A DNA stretch of 64,000 nucleotides from a bacterium (GTDB taxonomy: Bacteria > Zhuqueibacterota > Zhuqueibacteria > Residuimicrobiales > Krinioviventaceae): positions 2,880,001 to 2,944,000 of the forward strand of contig OY843751.1 of the NCBI GenBank assembly GCA_963693055.1. Reading direction: 5' to 3'. Shown piece by piece: positions 45,592-55,170 of this stretch. The position numbers and the translations under genes are program-made. The notes beneath the pieces were generated by a model, which worked only from the letters and a program-made list of their open reading frames with translations, was not told where the DNA came from and did no database searches. The first letter of the stretch is position 1, and each line of letters starts with the position of its first letter.

Positions 45592-46779
45592 TTATTTCAA
45601 AAGTTCACCGGCGATTTGTTCACCGAATGTATAACAGTTTTGCAATTCCTCGTCACTGGGAACCAATACAGCTGTCACCCCTTCATAAGGGACCTTGAAT
45701 TTCATGGTTTTCAACCGCTCGTCAAGCTGCGGAACAGCTTCTCCACTCCATCCGTATGATCCAAAGCTACCGGCAATCTTGCCTTTTACATCCAGTGTAA
45801 CCAGACTATTCAACACATCCCAGACGGGTTTAACAACATTATTATTAATTGTTGTAGAACCAAATAATAACGCATCTGCATTTTCAATTTGGTCAAGATG
45901 TGTCAGGGGCTCTAAATCTGTTGTATCATAAACAGCAACATCAGCGCCTTTATTTCTTGCACCATCTGCAATTTTATTGGCCATAATTTCTGTATTGCCA
46001 TGTGCTGAAGCATAATACATTAATATTTTGGGTGGATTGTTTTCGAGGGCGGGTTCGGACCATTTCGCATATGCATTTATAAAGATATCCAGATCCTGGC
46101 GCAATATTGGGCCATGTGAAGGTGCAATGGTTTCAATTTGTAAATCACTTATTTTCTCAAGCATGTTACGTACGTTCTTTTTAAAAGGACGCATTATACA
46201 ATCAAAATAGTATTTATAATCCGGAGAAAAATTATATTTGATCAAATCATTAAACAAATGCGGATCACAATAATGCGAAGCAAACACATCGCATGGGAAG
46301 AGAATTTTATCTTCATCCAGGTATGTCATCATTGTATCGGGCCAATGTAAAAAAGGTGCCGGGATAAATGTGAGTGTTCGGGAGCCAAGTTCCAATGTTT
46401 CACCTTGCTTAACTTTTCTGATATCGACGTTACGGTTAATAATATTGTTTACATATTTTACTGCTGGACCGGCACAAATAATTTGAGCATCGGGAGCAGC
46501 TTCAAGCAGCCTTAACAAACTGCCTGAATGGTCAGGTTCATTATGCTGAACAATGATATAATCAATATCTTTGGGATCAACAAGTTGAGACAAATTTTGC
46601 ATATATGCATCTGCAAATTTTTCTTTTACGGTATCAATAACAACTGTTTTTTCATCTTTGATCAAATAACTGTTATATGTGGTACCGTTTTTGGTTTCCA
46701 TAATAATATCAAACACCCTCAAATCCGGGTGCAGCGCGCCTATCCAGTAAATATTTTCTTTAATTTCAACAGGTTTCAT
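45592..46779 (-). CDS. fprA: Flavodiiron protein (A-type flavoprotein)
   Basis: HNEPDHSG, HWPD, SAHGNT, FGSYGWSGEA. Confidence 0.95.
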   Translation of the reverse strand: MKPVEIKENIYWIGALHPDLRVFDIIMETKNGTTYNSYLIKDEKTVVIDTVKEKFADAYMQNLSQLVDPKDIDYIIVQHNEPDHSGSLLRLLEAAPDAQIICAGPAVKYVNNIINRNVDIRKVKQGETLELGSRTLTFIPAPFLHWPDTMMTYLDEDKILFPCDVFASHYCDPHLFNDLIKYNFSPDYKYYFDCIMRPFKKNVRNMLEKISDLQIETIAPSHGPILRQDLDIFINAYAKWSEPALENNPPKILMYYASAHGNTEIMANKIADGARNKGADVAVYDTTDLEPLTHLDQIENADALLFGSTTINNNVVKPVWDVLNSLVTLDVKGKIAGSFGSYGWSGEAVPQLDERLKTMKFKVPYEGVTAVLVPSDEELQNCYTFGEQIAGELLK

Positions 46780-46799
46780 AATGTGTCTCCGGCGATCAA

Positions 46800-47003
46800 T
46801 TATAACTTTTCAACAGTAATCTTGTAACCATTGATTTTTACTTCTTCTGCTTTGCAGTTACTCATCTCTGCATCTTCCGGTTTGGGTTTGTTAGAGTGAT
46901 CCAAACAACCGGTCATAGCTTCCTCTGCTGATGCAGCAACACGGATATTACAACATGATTTACTACCAAGATTATAAACCATATATAATTTTAACTCACT
47001 CAT
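46800..47003 (-). CDS. Small Cys-containing hypothetical protein
   Basis: Start MSELK overlapping iscU end, GGAG RBS; CC plus two further Cys. Confidence 0.65.
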   Translation of the reverse strand: MSELKLYMVYNLGSKSCCNIRVAASAEEAMTGCLDHSNKPKPEDAEMSNCKAEEVKINGYKITVEKL

Positions 47004-47412
47004 TTTTATCTCCCTCTGCGTCCTTATCAGACGATAAATTTTTACGATAATCATCAATAGCTGCCTTTAAGGCATCTTCAGCCAGTACAGAGCAATGCAT
47101 TTTAACCTTTGGCAAACCACCGAGAGCTTCTGTAACTGCCTTGTTTGAAATTTTCAAGGCTTCATCAAGATTTTTACCTTTTACCATTTCAGTAACCATT
47201 GAACTGGTCGCTATTGCAGCACCACAACCAAAAGTTTTAAATTTTACATCAGTAATGATATCATTCTCAACATGAATGGACAATTTCATAACATCCCCAC
47301 AGGCAGGATTACCAACAACTCCTACCCCATTGGCTTCATCAACAACGCCAACATTACGGGGATTTTCGTAATGATCCATTACTTTTTCTGTATATTCATT
47401 CCATGCATCCAT
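46996..47412 (-). CDS. iscU: Fe-S scaffold IscU/NifU-N
   Basis: NPACGD, FGCGAAIA, LPKVKMHCSVLA. Confidence 0.96.
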   Translation of the reverse strand: MDAWNEYTEKVMDHYENPRNVGVVDEANGVGVVGNPACGDVMKLSIHVENDIITDVKFKTFGCGAAIATSSMVTEMVKGKNLDEALKISNKAVTEALGGLPKVKMHCSVLAEDALKAAIDDYRKNLSSDKDAEGDKNE

Positions 47413-47425
47413 AACAATACCTATT

Positions 47426-48637
47426 TTAATGTGAATGATCTGACCAGGTCATTTTATCAATATCAACGCCTTCTTTGGCCAAATCGTACAAGGGTGACAT
47501 TTCACGAAGTTTTTTAACATTTCTAGTCAACAATTCTATCAAATAATCTACATGCTCAATTGTATTCATTTTTCCTAAACCAAATCGTATTGAACAATGC
47601 GCCAGAGAATCAGGGACATTGATTGCGTGCAATACATATGACGATTGTAATGAAGCTGATGTACATGCCGAACCTGATGATAATGCCACATCCCGGCATG
47701 CAAGGATCAAAGATTCACCTTCTACATATGCAAAACTGTAATTCAGGTTGTTAGGTAAACGTTTTTCAGGATGTCCGTTCAGTTTTATGTGATCTAAATT
47801 TGCTTCGATGCCTTTAGCCAACCTGGCACGTAATGTAAGTAAATGTTCAACATTCTGCTTCATATCTCTTTTTGCAATTTCTGCAGCTTTGCCCAATCCC
47901 ACAATACCGGGAACATTCAATGTACCGGAGCGCATACCCCGTTCATGACCACCACCATATATTTGAGCAACCAGTTTAATACCTTTTTTAACATACAATG
48001 CACCAACACCTTTGGGGCCATACATCTTGTGACCAGAGATTGACAACATGTCAATATTATCGCGTACCACATCAATCTCGATCTTGCCCAAAGCCTGAAC
48101 AGCGTCTGTGTGAAACAATATATTCTTTTCATGAGCAATTGCGCCGATTTCCTGCAAGGGTTGCACAGAACCAATTTCACTGTTTGCTGCCTGTATTGAT
48201 ATTAACAGGGTTTTATCATTGATCAATGATTTTAAATGTTCAAGATCAACTAATCCATATTCATCAAGATTTGCATATTGAATATCATATCCCTGTTTGG
48301 CTAGACGCTTAACCGTATCAAGTATTGCTTTATGTTCAGTAGCTATGGTAATGATACGGCCTTTGGTATCGGCATATTTCTCAGCAACACCTTTAATGGC
48401 AAGATTGTCAGATTCGGTAGCACCGCTTGTAAAGATAATTTCATCTGCACTTTTGGCACCAATTAATTTCGCAGTCTGAAGCCTGGCATTTTCAACAGCA
48501 GAACGTGCTATATGTCCATATTCATGAGTATTACTTGATGCATTGCCAAAATCATGTGTAAAGAAAGGCAGTATTGCATCCAGGACCTCTTTATCAACAG
48601 GGGTCGTTGCATGATGGTCCAAATATATTGTATTCAT
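47426..48637 (-). CDS. iscS: Cysteine desulfurase
   Basis: SGHKMYGPKG, SSGSACTS, LREMSPLY. Confidence 0.96.
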   Translation of the reverse strand: MNTIYLDHHATTPVDKEVLDAILPFFTHDFGNASSNTHEYGHIARSAVENARLQTAKLIGAKSADEIIFTSGATESDNLAIKGVAEKYADTKGRIITIATEHKAILDTVKRLAKQGYDIQYANLDEYGLVDLEHLKSLINDKTLLISIQAANSEIGSVQPLQEIGAIAHEKNILFHTDAVQALGKIEIDVVRDNIDMLSISGHKMYGPKGVGALYVKKGIKLVAQIYGGGHERGMRSGTLNVPGIVGLGKAAEIAKRDMKQNVEHLLTLRARLAKGIEANLDHIKLNGHPEKRLPNNLNYSFAYVEGESLILACRDVALSSGSACTSASLQSSYVLHAINVPDSLAHCSIRFGLGKMNTIEHVDYLIELLTRNVKKLREMSPLYDLAKEGVDIDKMTWSDHSH

Positions 48638-48733
48638 ATAAATTTACCTTTAATTTAGTTAAATCCAAGTATATAAAGTAATTTTTTTTAATGATAAAAT
48701 CAAGGATTTCAATATTCAAAAAAGCAGGTATTC

Positions 48734-48772
48734 AAAAAAAAAAGCCCCTGTATAATAAATACAGGGGCTTTT
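48734..48772 (-). terminator. Intrinsic terminator
   Basis: AAAAGCCCCTGTAT-N5-ATACAGGGGCTTTT plus long T-tract. Confidence 0.88.
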
Positions 48773-48790
48773 CATGGAAAAGGTAAATTT

Positions 48791-49309
48791 TCAGGCATCT
48801 TGTTCAGATGATACCTTGTTATCAATATATTCATCAGACTCTTCCAAATCTGCAGGGTCAATATCCAAATTCAGGGGTTCTGCAAATAAAGATTCCAAAA
48901 GCGCTAAATGTTGCTCACGCTCCATTGCCAAATCACGAAACAGTTGACGCAATTCAGATTCAACAAGGCGACGTGATACCAACTGGTAAAAATCTTTGAG
49001 CTCTTTTTCATTCTTTTTAACTGTTCTTACTGCATCATTTGGATCATCACCACACTTTAGTAAAGAACTCAATTTATGTTTCTTTCCGAGATTCAAGTAT
49101 AATATTTTTTTACCACTGGTTTTACTATATGTCTTGATCAATCTCTGTCTGTTCTTTTCCTCTTTTTCCGAAAGACCATGTAGTATTGCTTCAGCATCAT
49201 CACTTTTAACCAGCGAAGCAGCTTTGGTATAATATAATTGCATGTCTGCTTCACATTGTATTGATACTTTAAGGGCGTCGAGAGTGTTTATAGAATTCAA
49301 ATTTGTCAT
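48791..49309 (-). CDS. Ferritin-like/rubrerythrin-fold protein
   Basis: Duplicated E......Y...LF..LA.E...H helix pairs, partly degenerate. Confidence 0.75.
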   Translation of the reverse strand: MTNLNSINTLDALKVSIQCEADMQLYYTKAASLVKSDDAEAILHGLSEKEEKNRQRLIKTYSKTSGKKILYLNLGKKHKLSSLLKCGDDPNDAVRTVKKNEKELKDFYQLVSRRLVESELRQLFRDLAMEREQHLALLESLFAEPLNLDIDPADLEESDEYIDNKVSSEQDA

Positions 49310-49524
49310 CTAACTCTACCTCCTTATCCGAAATACAGATCATTTAATATATATTGAAACATCAAAAACATATTAGATTGTTTATTTACATTACAATGTA
49401 TTAAATAATGCTTTAAAGCACAATTCAACAATTGTAAACAATTGTAATAACCTATTGTTTTTATATGTATATATAACGTTTTTTTGAAGCGATTTGTTCC
49501 GGAGAAAAGTAGAAAAATGAATTA

Positions 49525-50799
49525 TTATTCAATATCGGCAAGTATATAAGGACCCTTGGGTATAACCACTATTTTTGAATTTTCGCCATATTTTTTAATA
49601 GATTCTTCAATAGCTTGCTCTACTGTTTCTGCCCAATTGACATGTATACTGTCCTTTTGTTGGTCAGACAAGCCATTAGAAACCAGAATGACATTGGCTT
49701 TTCTGGTTACTTTGACGTATTCCTGAAATTGCCATTGATCAATAACAAAAAAGTCCGGTGTAAACAGCTTTTGGGAAAAATCATCCAAATCTTTAAATTC
49801 CTGGACCAACTCGGTAAAATGATCACTTCCCACTCCCTGGCTGCATTCAGAAGCAATTATTATCGTGCCCCCCTCTTTTACCAATGGCAGTGCAGCTGTC
49901 ATTCCTTTAATGGTTTGATAATATGTTGCATCCAGAGGATAACCGGCAGATGTTGTTATTACAATATCAGCAGGCTCCGGTATTGTATCCCGTACATGTG
50001 ATTTAACAAAATCAATACCTGCTTTATGAGCTGCGTCCAGTTCACCTGAAAAAATACCACTTATTTTTTTTTGCTCATTCAATGCAACATTTACAATAAA
50101 ATCAACACCAGCCATTTTTGCTATTTCTAATGCTTCTTCATGAAAAGGATTTCCCTCAATTACGCCTTCACGGGCATTTTCGTGGGACAATATCTCTGGT
50201 CCATGCATTACTTTGACAGTTTCAATGCTGGCTATGCCCGGTACTACCAGTTTACGACCTCCTGAAAATCCAGCCATGAGATGAGGTTCAATAAAACCCG
50301 TGGCAATTTTAAAATCTGCATTTACAAAACGTTTATCAATCCAAACATCGGTATTTTTACTGGTTTTACCCAAAAACTCGTGTGATTTAAGATTGGTTGC
50401 TTCATGGTTCTCTATATGATACTTGGAAGCAATTTCTTCCCCTACAAGTTCAATCAACTCATCACCCAAATTGGGACGATGAATTCCAGTCGCAATGAGA
50501 ATCAATATATCATCATGAGATAAACCAGCAGCATGCAAAGTTTTCAACAAGGGGGGTAAAATCAAACGATTGGGAACCGGTCTTGTAATATCACAAATAA
50601 GAATACAAGCGGATTGTTTCCCGCGTGCCATATCAAAAAAAGACCGATCGTATCCAATGGGTCTCAATAAAGATTTGGTAATTTCTATATAGGTGTCTGA
50701 TATGGGTTCTGAATCGGACATGGAAAGAATTTTTAACAGGTTTTTATCAGGTACGTCAACTTTTAATCCGGTTTTTCCATAATCCAATTGAATTTGCAT
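49525..50799 (-). CDS. larA: Nickel-dependent lactate racemase family protein
   Basis: DITRP, ATGIHR, EPHLMAGFSGGRK, YQTIKG. Confidence 0.92.
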   Translation of the reverse strand: MQIQLDYGKTGLKVDVPDKNLLKILSMSDSEPISDTYIEITKSLLRPIGYDRSFFDMARGKQSACILICDITRPVPNRLILPPLLKTLHAAGLSHDDILILIATGIHRPNLGDELIELVGEEIASKYHIENHEATNLKSHEFLGKTSKNTDVWIDKRFVNADFKIATGFIEPHLMAGFSGGRKLVVPGIASIETVKVMHGPEILSHENAREGVIEGNPFHEEALEIAKMAGVDFIVNVALNEQKKISGIFSGELDAAHKAGIDFVKSHVRDTIPEPADIVITTSAGYPLDATYYQTIKGMTAALPLVKEGGTIIIASECSQGVGSDHFTELVQEFKDLDDFSQKLFTPDFFVIDQWQFQEYVKVTRKANVILVSNGLSDQQKDSIHVNWAETVEQAIEESIKKYGENSKIVVIPKGPYILADIE

Positions 50800-50818
50800 G
50801 CGGGAATCTCTCCTATTT

Positions 50819-51442
50819 TTATTTGTTTTTATACAATGCAGGATTAAATCTGGGATCGTTGTACATTTTATATTGACGATAAATTTTGTGGCGCTTACGT
50901 GCCTGGCGTAAATCTAACATTAATTTATCCAAAGCTCTGCCAAGATCATCGCGCTGTTCAATTAATACATGAAGGCGCTTTTTAGACAATTCCTGGTGCT
51001 CTTTATCTGCATCTTTGCGTTCAACTTCTTCTTCCATATGGAAAATCTTTAAACAAATAATTGACAGACGGTCAATAATACTGCCGGGTGTTTCAGAATT
51101 GGATTCAATATTATTATCCGGTTCAATACCGGCATTTTGTAAAACAGTATCGATCCATATGTCAATACGTTCAATTGAATCATTACGGGTTTGATTATAT
51201 TTATCAATATGACGCTTACAATCAACAATAACAGCATCTTCTACATCTGTTCTACGGGCATCATCTTCATAATGCCAGATTGTAAAATTATTATAATGGA
51301 TCCATTGGGTCATACCTTTGGGAGAATGATGGTCTTCCGGTTCAAGCGGACCCGTATTGTGCCATAATTCTACAAGATCGGTATACCATTCAATTAATCG
51401 ATCACTTTTAAATGGGGTCAATATTTCAGATAATGAACTCAA
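50819..51442 (-). CDS. DUF4254 domain protein
   Basis: WHYEDDAR, NQTRND, SETPGSIIDRLSI, QYKMYNDP. Confidence 0.88.
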   Translation of the reverse strand: MSSLSEILTPFKSDRLIEWYTDLVELWHNTGPLEPEDHHSPKGMTQWIHYNNFTIWHYEDDARRTDVEDAVIVDCKRHIDKYNQTRNDSIERIDIWIDTVLQNAGIEPDNNIESNSETPGSIIDRLSIICLKIFHMEEEVERKDADKEHQELSKKRLHVLIEQRDDLGRALDKLMLDLRQARKRHKIYRQYKMYNDPRFNPALYKNK

Positions 51443-51561
51443 GGCTCCTCCTAAATTTTCAATTATCTAATTTATGAATATTGGACTTGAAATGCAAGTC
51501 TATAGAATGTATTTTTATTTTTTCATTTGCGTTTTGAAAATTATTTTGTACCTTTGCATAT

Positions 51562-51637
51562 CCGTTAGGGGTGGTCCCTAAGACCTGAGATTACACCCTA
51601 AGAACCTGACCTGGTTAATACTAGCGTAGGGAAACGG
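51562..51637 (+). ncRNA. TPP riboswitch aptamer
   Basis: P1 CCGTT/AACGG, GGGGTG..CTGAGA..CACCC, ACCTGA..GGTTAATAC..GCGTAGGGA. Confidence 0.93.
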
Positions 51638-51666
51638 TAAAACATTTTATCTTTTTAAAATGCTGG

Positions 51667-51696
51667 ACCGTTTTCCTAAAAAGAAATCGGTTTTTT
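51667..51696 (+). terminator. Riboswitch expression-platform terminator
   Basis: ACCGTTTTC..GAAATCGGT plus T-tract; 5' arm complementary to 51628-51638. Confidence 0.7.
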
Positions 51697-51712
51697 CATT
51701 TTAGGAGGACAA

Positions 51713-54130
51713 ATGTTAAGAAAAACTTTAATCCATTTGATCTTGTTTTCTGTTCTACTCTGCTTCACTTCTATTCATGCTGCAATAATCCGTGGTACCA
51801 TAATCCATGCAACAGACAAAACACCCATTACAGGTGCAAATATTGTTATTGCATCCACCAATATGGGCTCTAGCACAAACAATGATGGAGAGTTTGCTAT
51901 AAACAACATTCCTCCCGGTAACTATGAATTAATAGTAAACCATATTGGTTTCAAGGTTGCCAAGCAAAACGTCAATATCTCTACTCATGATGTACAAGTA
52001 TCATTTACACTCTATCCACGTATTATTGAAGGACAGCAAATTACGGTTTCCGCATTACGGGCGGAAAACCGCAAAAGCCCTGTTGCATTTACCGATTTAA
52101 CAGAAAAAGAAATTGATGATAAATACTGGGCACAGGAAATCCCCCTGCTTCTTAATGATGTTCCGGGTGTTTATGCATATTCATATACAGGCAGCGGATT
52201 AGGGTACTCGGAAGTTAAAATGCGTGGTTTTGATGCTACACGTGTTGGCGTTACACTTAACGATGTACCTTTAAATGATCCGCTTGACCATATAACATAT
52301 TTCTACGATCTACCGGATATAAGCGCAAACGTGCAGGATATACAGGTTCAGCGTGGCGTAGCTAACTCGTTATATGGAACCGGAGCATTGGCAGGATCGG
52401 TCAATATTCGCACAGAATCAGCAGGTAATGAAAGATATCTCCGGTATACTGCCGGTACAGGCAGCTACAATACCCGCAAGCACACCATTGCTTTTGGTTC
52501 CGGATTGGTTGATAATACCTATTCATTTTACGGCCGCTTTTCTAAAGTCAAAACAGATGGATATCGGGATAATTCATGGGTCGATTCTTGGTCCTATTTT
52601 TTTAGCGCTTCCAGATATGATGAGAATTTCACAACGACTGTCAATCTGTTTGGCGGACCCATGAAAGCACATTTTGCCTGGGAAGGTATCACTAAAGAAG
52701 AACTTGAAAGCAACCGCCGATTAAACTATGATACATACAAAGGTGCTGCAGATAGCTTTAATCAACCCCAATACCAGTTGATTAATGAATGGACACCCAC
52801 AGATAATTTTAAATTGACTTCTACCTTGTTTCATGTTAAAGGTGATGGCTATTACGAACAACTTAAATCCGGTGAGAACTTGACTGAATACAACATGTCT
52901 GAATTTTCTATGGGAAATACGACAATCAGTGAAACCGATCTGGTAAGACAAAAATGGGTAGATAAATCACAATACGGTTGGATTCCTCGTATCGAATACA
53001 TTGCAGGCAGAAACAATATTTCTATGGGCGGTGAGTTCAGCATTTTCAAATCACACCACTGGGGTGAAGTCATTTGGGCAAACCAGATGTCGCCGGAAAT
53101 TCAGCCTGGTCACATCTACTACAAACATAACATAGACAAAAACTCGGTAGCAGTTTATATAAACGATCTGTTTGAAATAACACCAGATTTATTCTTGAAA
53201 GCCGATTTGCAATTTCAACATATAGCATTTGAATTTGATCAGGAGAAAATTGGTTCCTTTTATGGACACAATTATGAACTAAATTACAATTTCCTCACTC
53301 CAAGGCTGGGTTTGAATTACAATATCAATAAACAGATGAACATCTTTGGAAACTTTTCTGTAGCCAAACGTGAACCCAAAGATGGTGACATTTATGATGC
53401 AGATGATACCGGAGCTATTCCCCTGTTCAGAACAATTAATCTGGCACAAGGGATTTATGAGGATCCTTATATTGATGCAGAAACCTTGTATGATTTTGAA
53501 TCCGGATTCGGTTATGAATTCGAACAAACCCGGTTTAAATTGAATGCGTACTGGATGGATTTTCGTAATGAAATTGTAGCTACCGGTGGCATAACTGACG
53601 ATGGATACCCCATTTATGGTAATGCGGAAAAATCAGTTCACCGGGGCATTGAGGTTGAAATGAAACATTTATTACCTGCTCAATTCCTGTTTTCCTTAAA
53701 TGGATCATACAATGACAGCTATTTTGTAGATTATATAGAGTATCTCTGGAATAAAGATTACAGCGGTAACATTCAAAAAGACAGAAGCGGAAATACCATT
53801 GCCAGCTTTCCCAAAGTGATGATGAATGCAGGTATTTCAAAATCATTGGGCCCCATATCTGCCTCATTATCACTGCAACATGTAGGAAAAATCTTTTTGG
53901 ATAATTCACAGAACAATGAACTTGCAATTGATCCCCATAATGTTGTTAATTTTACTGCTCATGCAAAATTACCTCATTACTTTGGACCGCTGCACTTGTC
54001 TTTGTCTGTACATGTTAACAATTTACTTGATGAAAAATATGAACTTTCAGGTTATACATGGGATGGTTTAGGTTATTATATACCCGCTGCAGAACGAAAT
54101 TTCTTTGTTTCTTTGCAATCACAGTTATAA
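51713..54130 (+). CDS. TonB-dependent receptor, predicted thiamine uptake
   Basis: Signal peptide, carboxypeptidase-regulatory-like domain, plug (MRGF..NDVPLND..QVQRG), barrel ending NNLLDEKY..RNF; TPP riboswitch upstream. Confidence 0.9.
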   Translation: MLRKTLIHLILFSVLLCFTSIHAAIIRGTIIHATDKTPITGANIVIASTNMGSSTNNDGEFAINNIPPGNYELIVNHIGFKVAKQNVNISTHDVQVSFTLYPRIIEGQQITVSALRAENRKSPVAFTDLTEKEIDDKYWAQEIPLLLNDVPGVYAYSYTGSGLGYSEVKMRGFDATRVGVTLNDVPLNDPLDHITYFYDLPDISANVQDIQVQRGVANSLYGTGALAGSVNIRTESAGNERYLRYTAGTGSYNTRKHTIAFGSGLVDNTYSFYGRFSKVKTDGYRDNSWVDSWSYFFSASRYDENFTTTVNLFGGPMKAHFAWEGITKEELESNRRLNYDTYKGAADSFNQPQYQLINEWTPTDNFKLTSTLFHVKGDGYYEQLKSGENLTEYNMSEFSMGNTTISETDLVRQKWVDKSQYGWIPRIEYIAGRNNISMGGEFSIFKSHHWGEVIWANQMSPEIQPGHIYYKHNIDKNSVAVYINDLFEITPDLFLKADLQFQHIAFEFDQEKIGSFYGHNYELNYNFLTPRLGLNYNINKQMNIFGNFSVAKREPKDGDIYDADDTGAIPLFRTINLAQGIYEDPYIDAETLYDFESGFGYEFEQTRFKLNAYWMDFRNEIVATGGITDDGYPIYGNAEKSVHRGIEVEMKHLLPAQFLFSLNGSYNDSYFVDYIEYLWNKDYSGNIQKDRSGNTIASFPKVMMNAGISKSLGPISASLSLQHVGKIFLDNSQNNELAIDPHNVVNFTAHAKLPHYFGPLHLSLSVHVNNLLDEKYELSGYTWDGLGYYIPAAERNFFVSLQSQL

Positions 54131-54136
54131 TATAAA

Positions 54137-54163
54137 GCCCTTTCTCTTTAATAGAGAAAGGGC
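54137..54163. terminator. Hairpin between convergent genes
   Basis: GCCCTTTCTCT-ttaat-AGAGAAAGGGC. Confidence 0.75.
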
Positions 54164-54168
54164 AACAT

Positions 54169-54705
54169 TTACATAGGTGGTGGATTGTCCCAATCAATAG
54201 GACCATTTACAAAACGGTATTGCAAACGAGCAAGTACCACCTGACCCCAGACAGCATTAAAGTACTCGTAAGCTTTTTGCCACTCTTTACCTTCTTTCCA
54301 ACCAGTATGTTCAAGCGTTACCCGGGTTTCATTTTTGGAGACAGGTTCAAAATGCACAGTTACACGGGTGTGCTCTTTACGTACATTTGATAAATGTGGT
54401 GGAGCATTCCAGGTAAATACCAAAAGCATTAGAGGTTCTATTTGTTCTATTGTACATCCTTCGCTTCCTCGGGAACCATTTTCTGCTTCTGTATCAAAAT
54501 ACAATTCATATGCTCCCCCTACCCTGGCTTCAATTTTACAATCAGACGCAAAAAAGGTTTTAGCTCCCTCATTAGTTATCCAGGCGTTCCACACTGAATC
54601 AACAGGTGCGTTAACAATAGCTGTTTTTTTAATAACTTTATCCATAGCAAAAGTATTTGATATAATGAACAGTAGAAAAATAAACACAAATCGATTTAAC
54701 TTCAT
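54169..54705 (-). CDS. SRPBCC/AHSA1-like domain protein with signal peptide
   Basis: VNAPVDSVWNAW, LVFTWNAPP, TRVTLEHTGW. Confidence 0.85.
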   Translation of the reverse strand: MKLNRFVFIFLLFIISNTFAMDKVIKKTAIVNAPVDSVWNAWITNEGAKTFFASDCKIEARVGGAYELYFDTEAENGSRGSEGCTIEQIEPLMLLVFTWNAPPHLSNVRKEHTRVTVHFEPVSKNETRVTLEHTGWKEGKEWQKAYEYFNAVWGQVVLARLQYRFVNGPIDWDNPPPM

Positions 54706-55088
54706 TTCATTTCCGGTAAATGTTTAAATTTATATTTAAAGGGTAATTGTTCGAGTTGTTCAGGTAAAGGTTTTACCAGTCCTGTTCCAACGTGAGGATA
54801 AACGCGTTGAATTTTAGTATCAACAAGCGGATCAAGGGGCATTTTGGGCATATTTTTATCAACTTGAGGATCAACAGGTAATGAAGGGATTATAATATGG
54901 TCATTATTCTTATATCGATAATATTTGTAGAAATCGGGAACTAGTGTTTTGGGATGTTGTTTTAAACTATCGACATTGAAATAATTGTTCAAGGATTCAG
55001 GAACCGGCACATTCTGCTTGGCATCATCTTCTGCAATGGCAATACCTGATAAAATTAAAGTACAAAAAACCAACAAAAATTTTGGCAT
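54702..55088 (-). CDS. Hypothetical secreted Pro-rich protein
   Basis: Signal peptide; duplicated P.DP.VD motif. Confidence 0.65.
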   Translation of the reverse strand: MPKFLLVFCTLILSGIAIAEDDAKQNVPVPESLNNYFNVDSLKQHPKTLVPDFYKYYRYKNNDHIIIPSLPVDPQVDKNMPKMPLDPLVDTKIQRVYPHVGTGLVKPLPEQLEQLPFKYKFKHLPEMK

Positions 55089-55170
55089 ATTGAACTCCAG
55101 GTAGAATGAAATTTAAAAAATCTTAAAAATTATACGTTTTTAAATTTTACCGGTTCCTTGCATTACTCTA

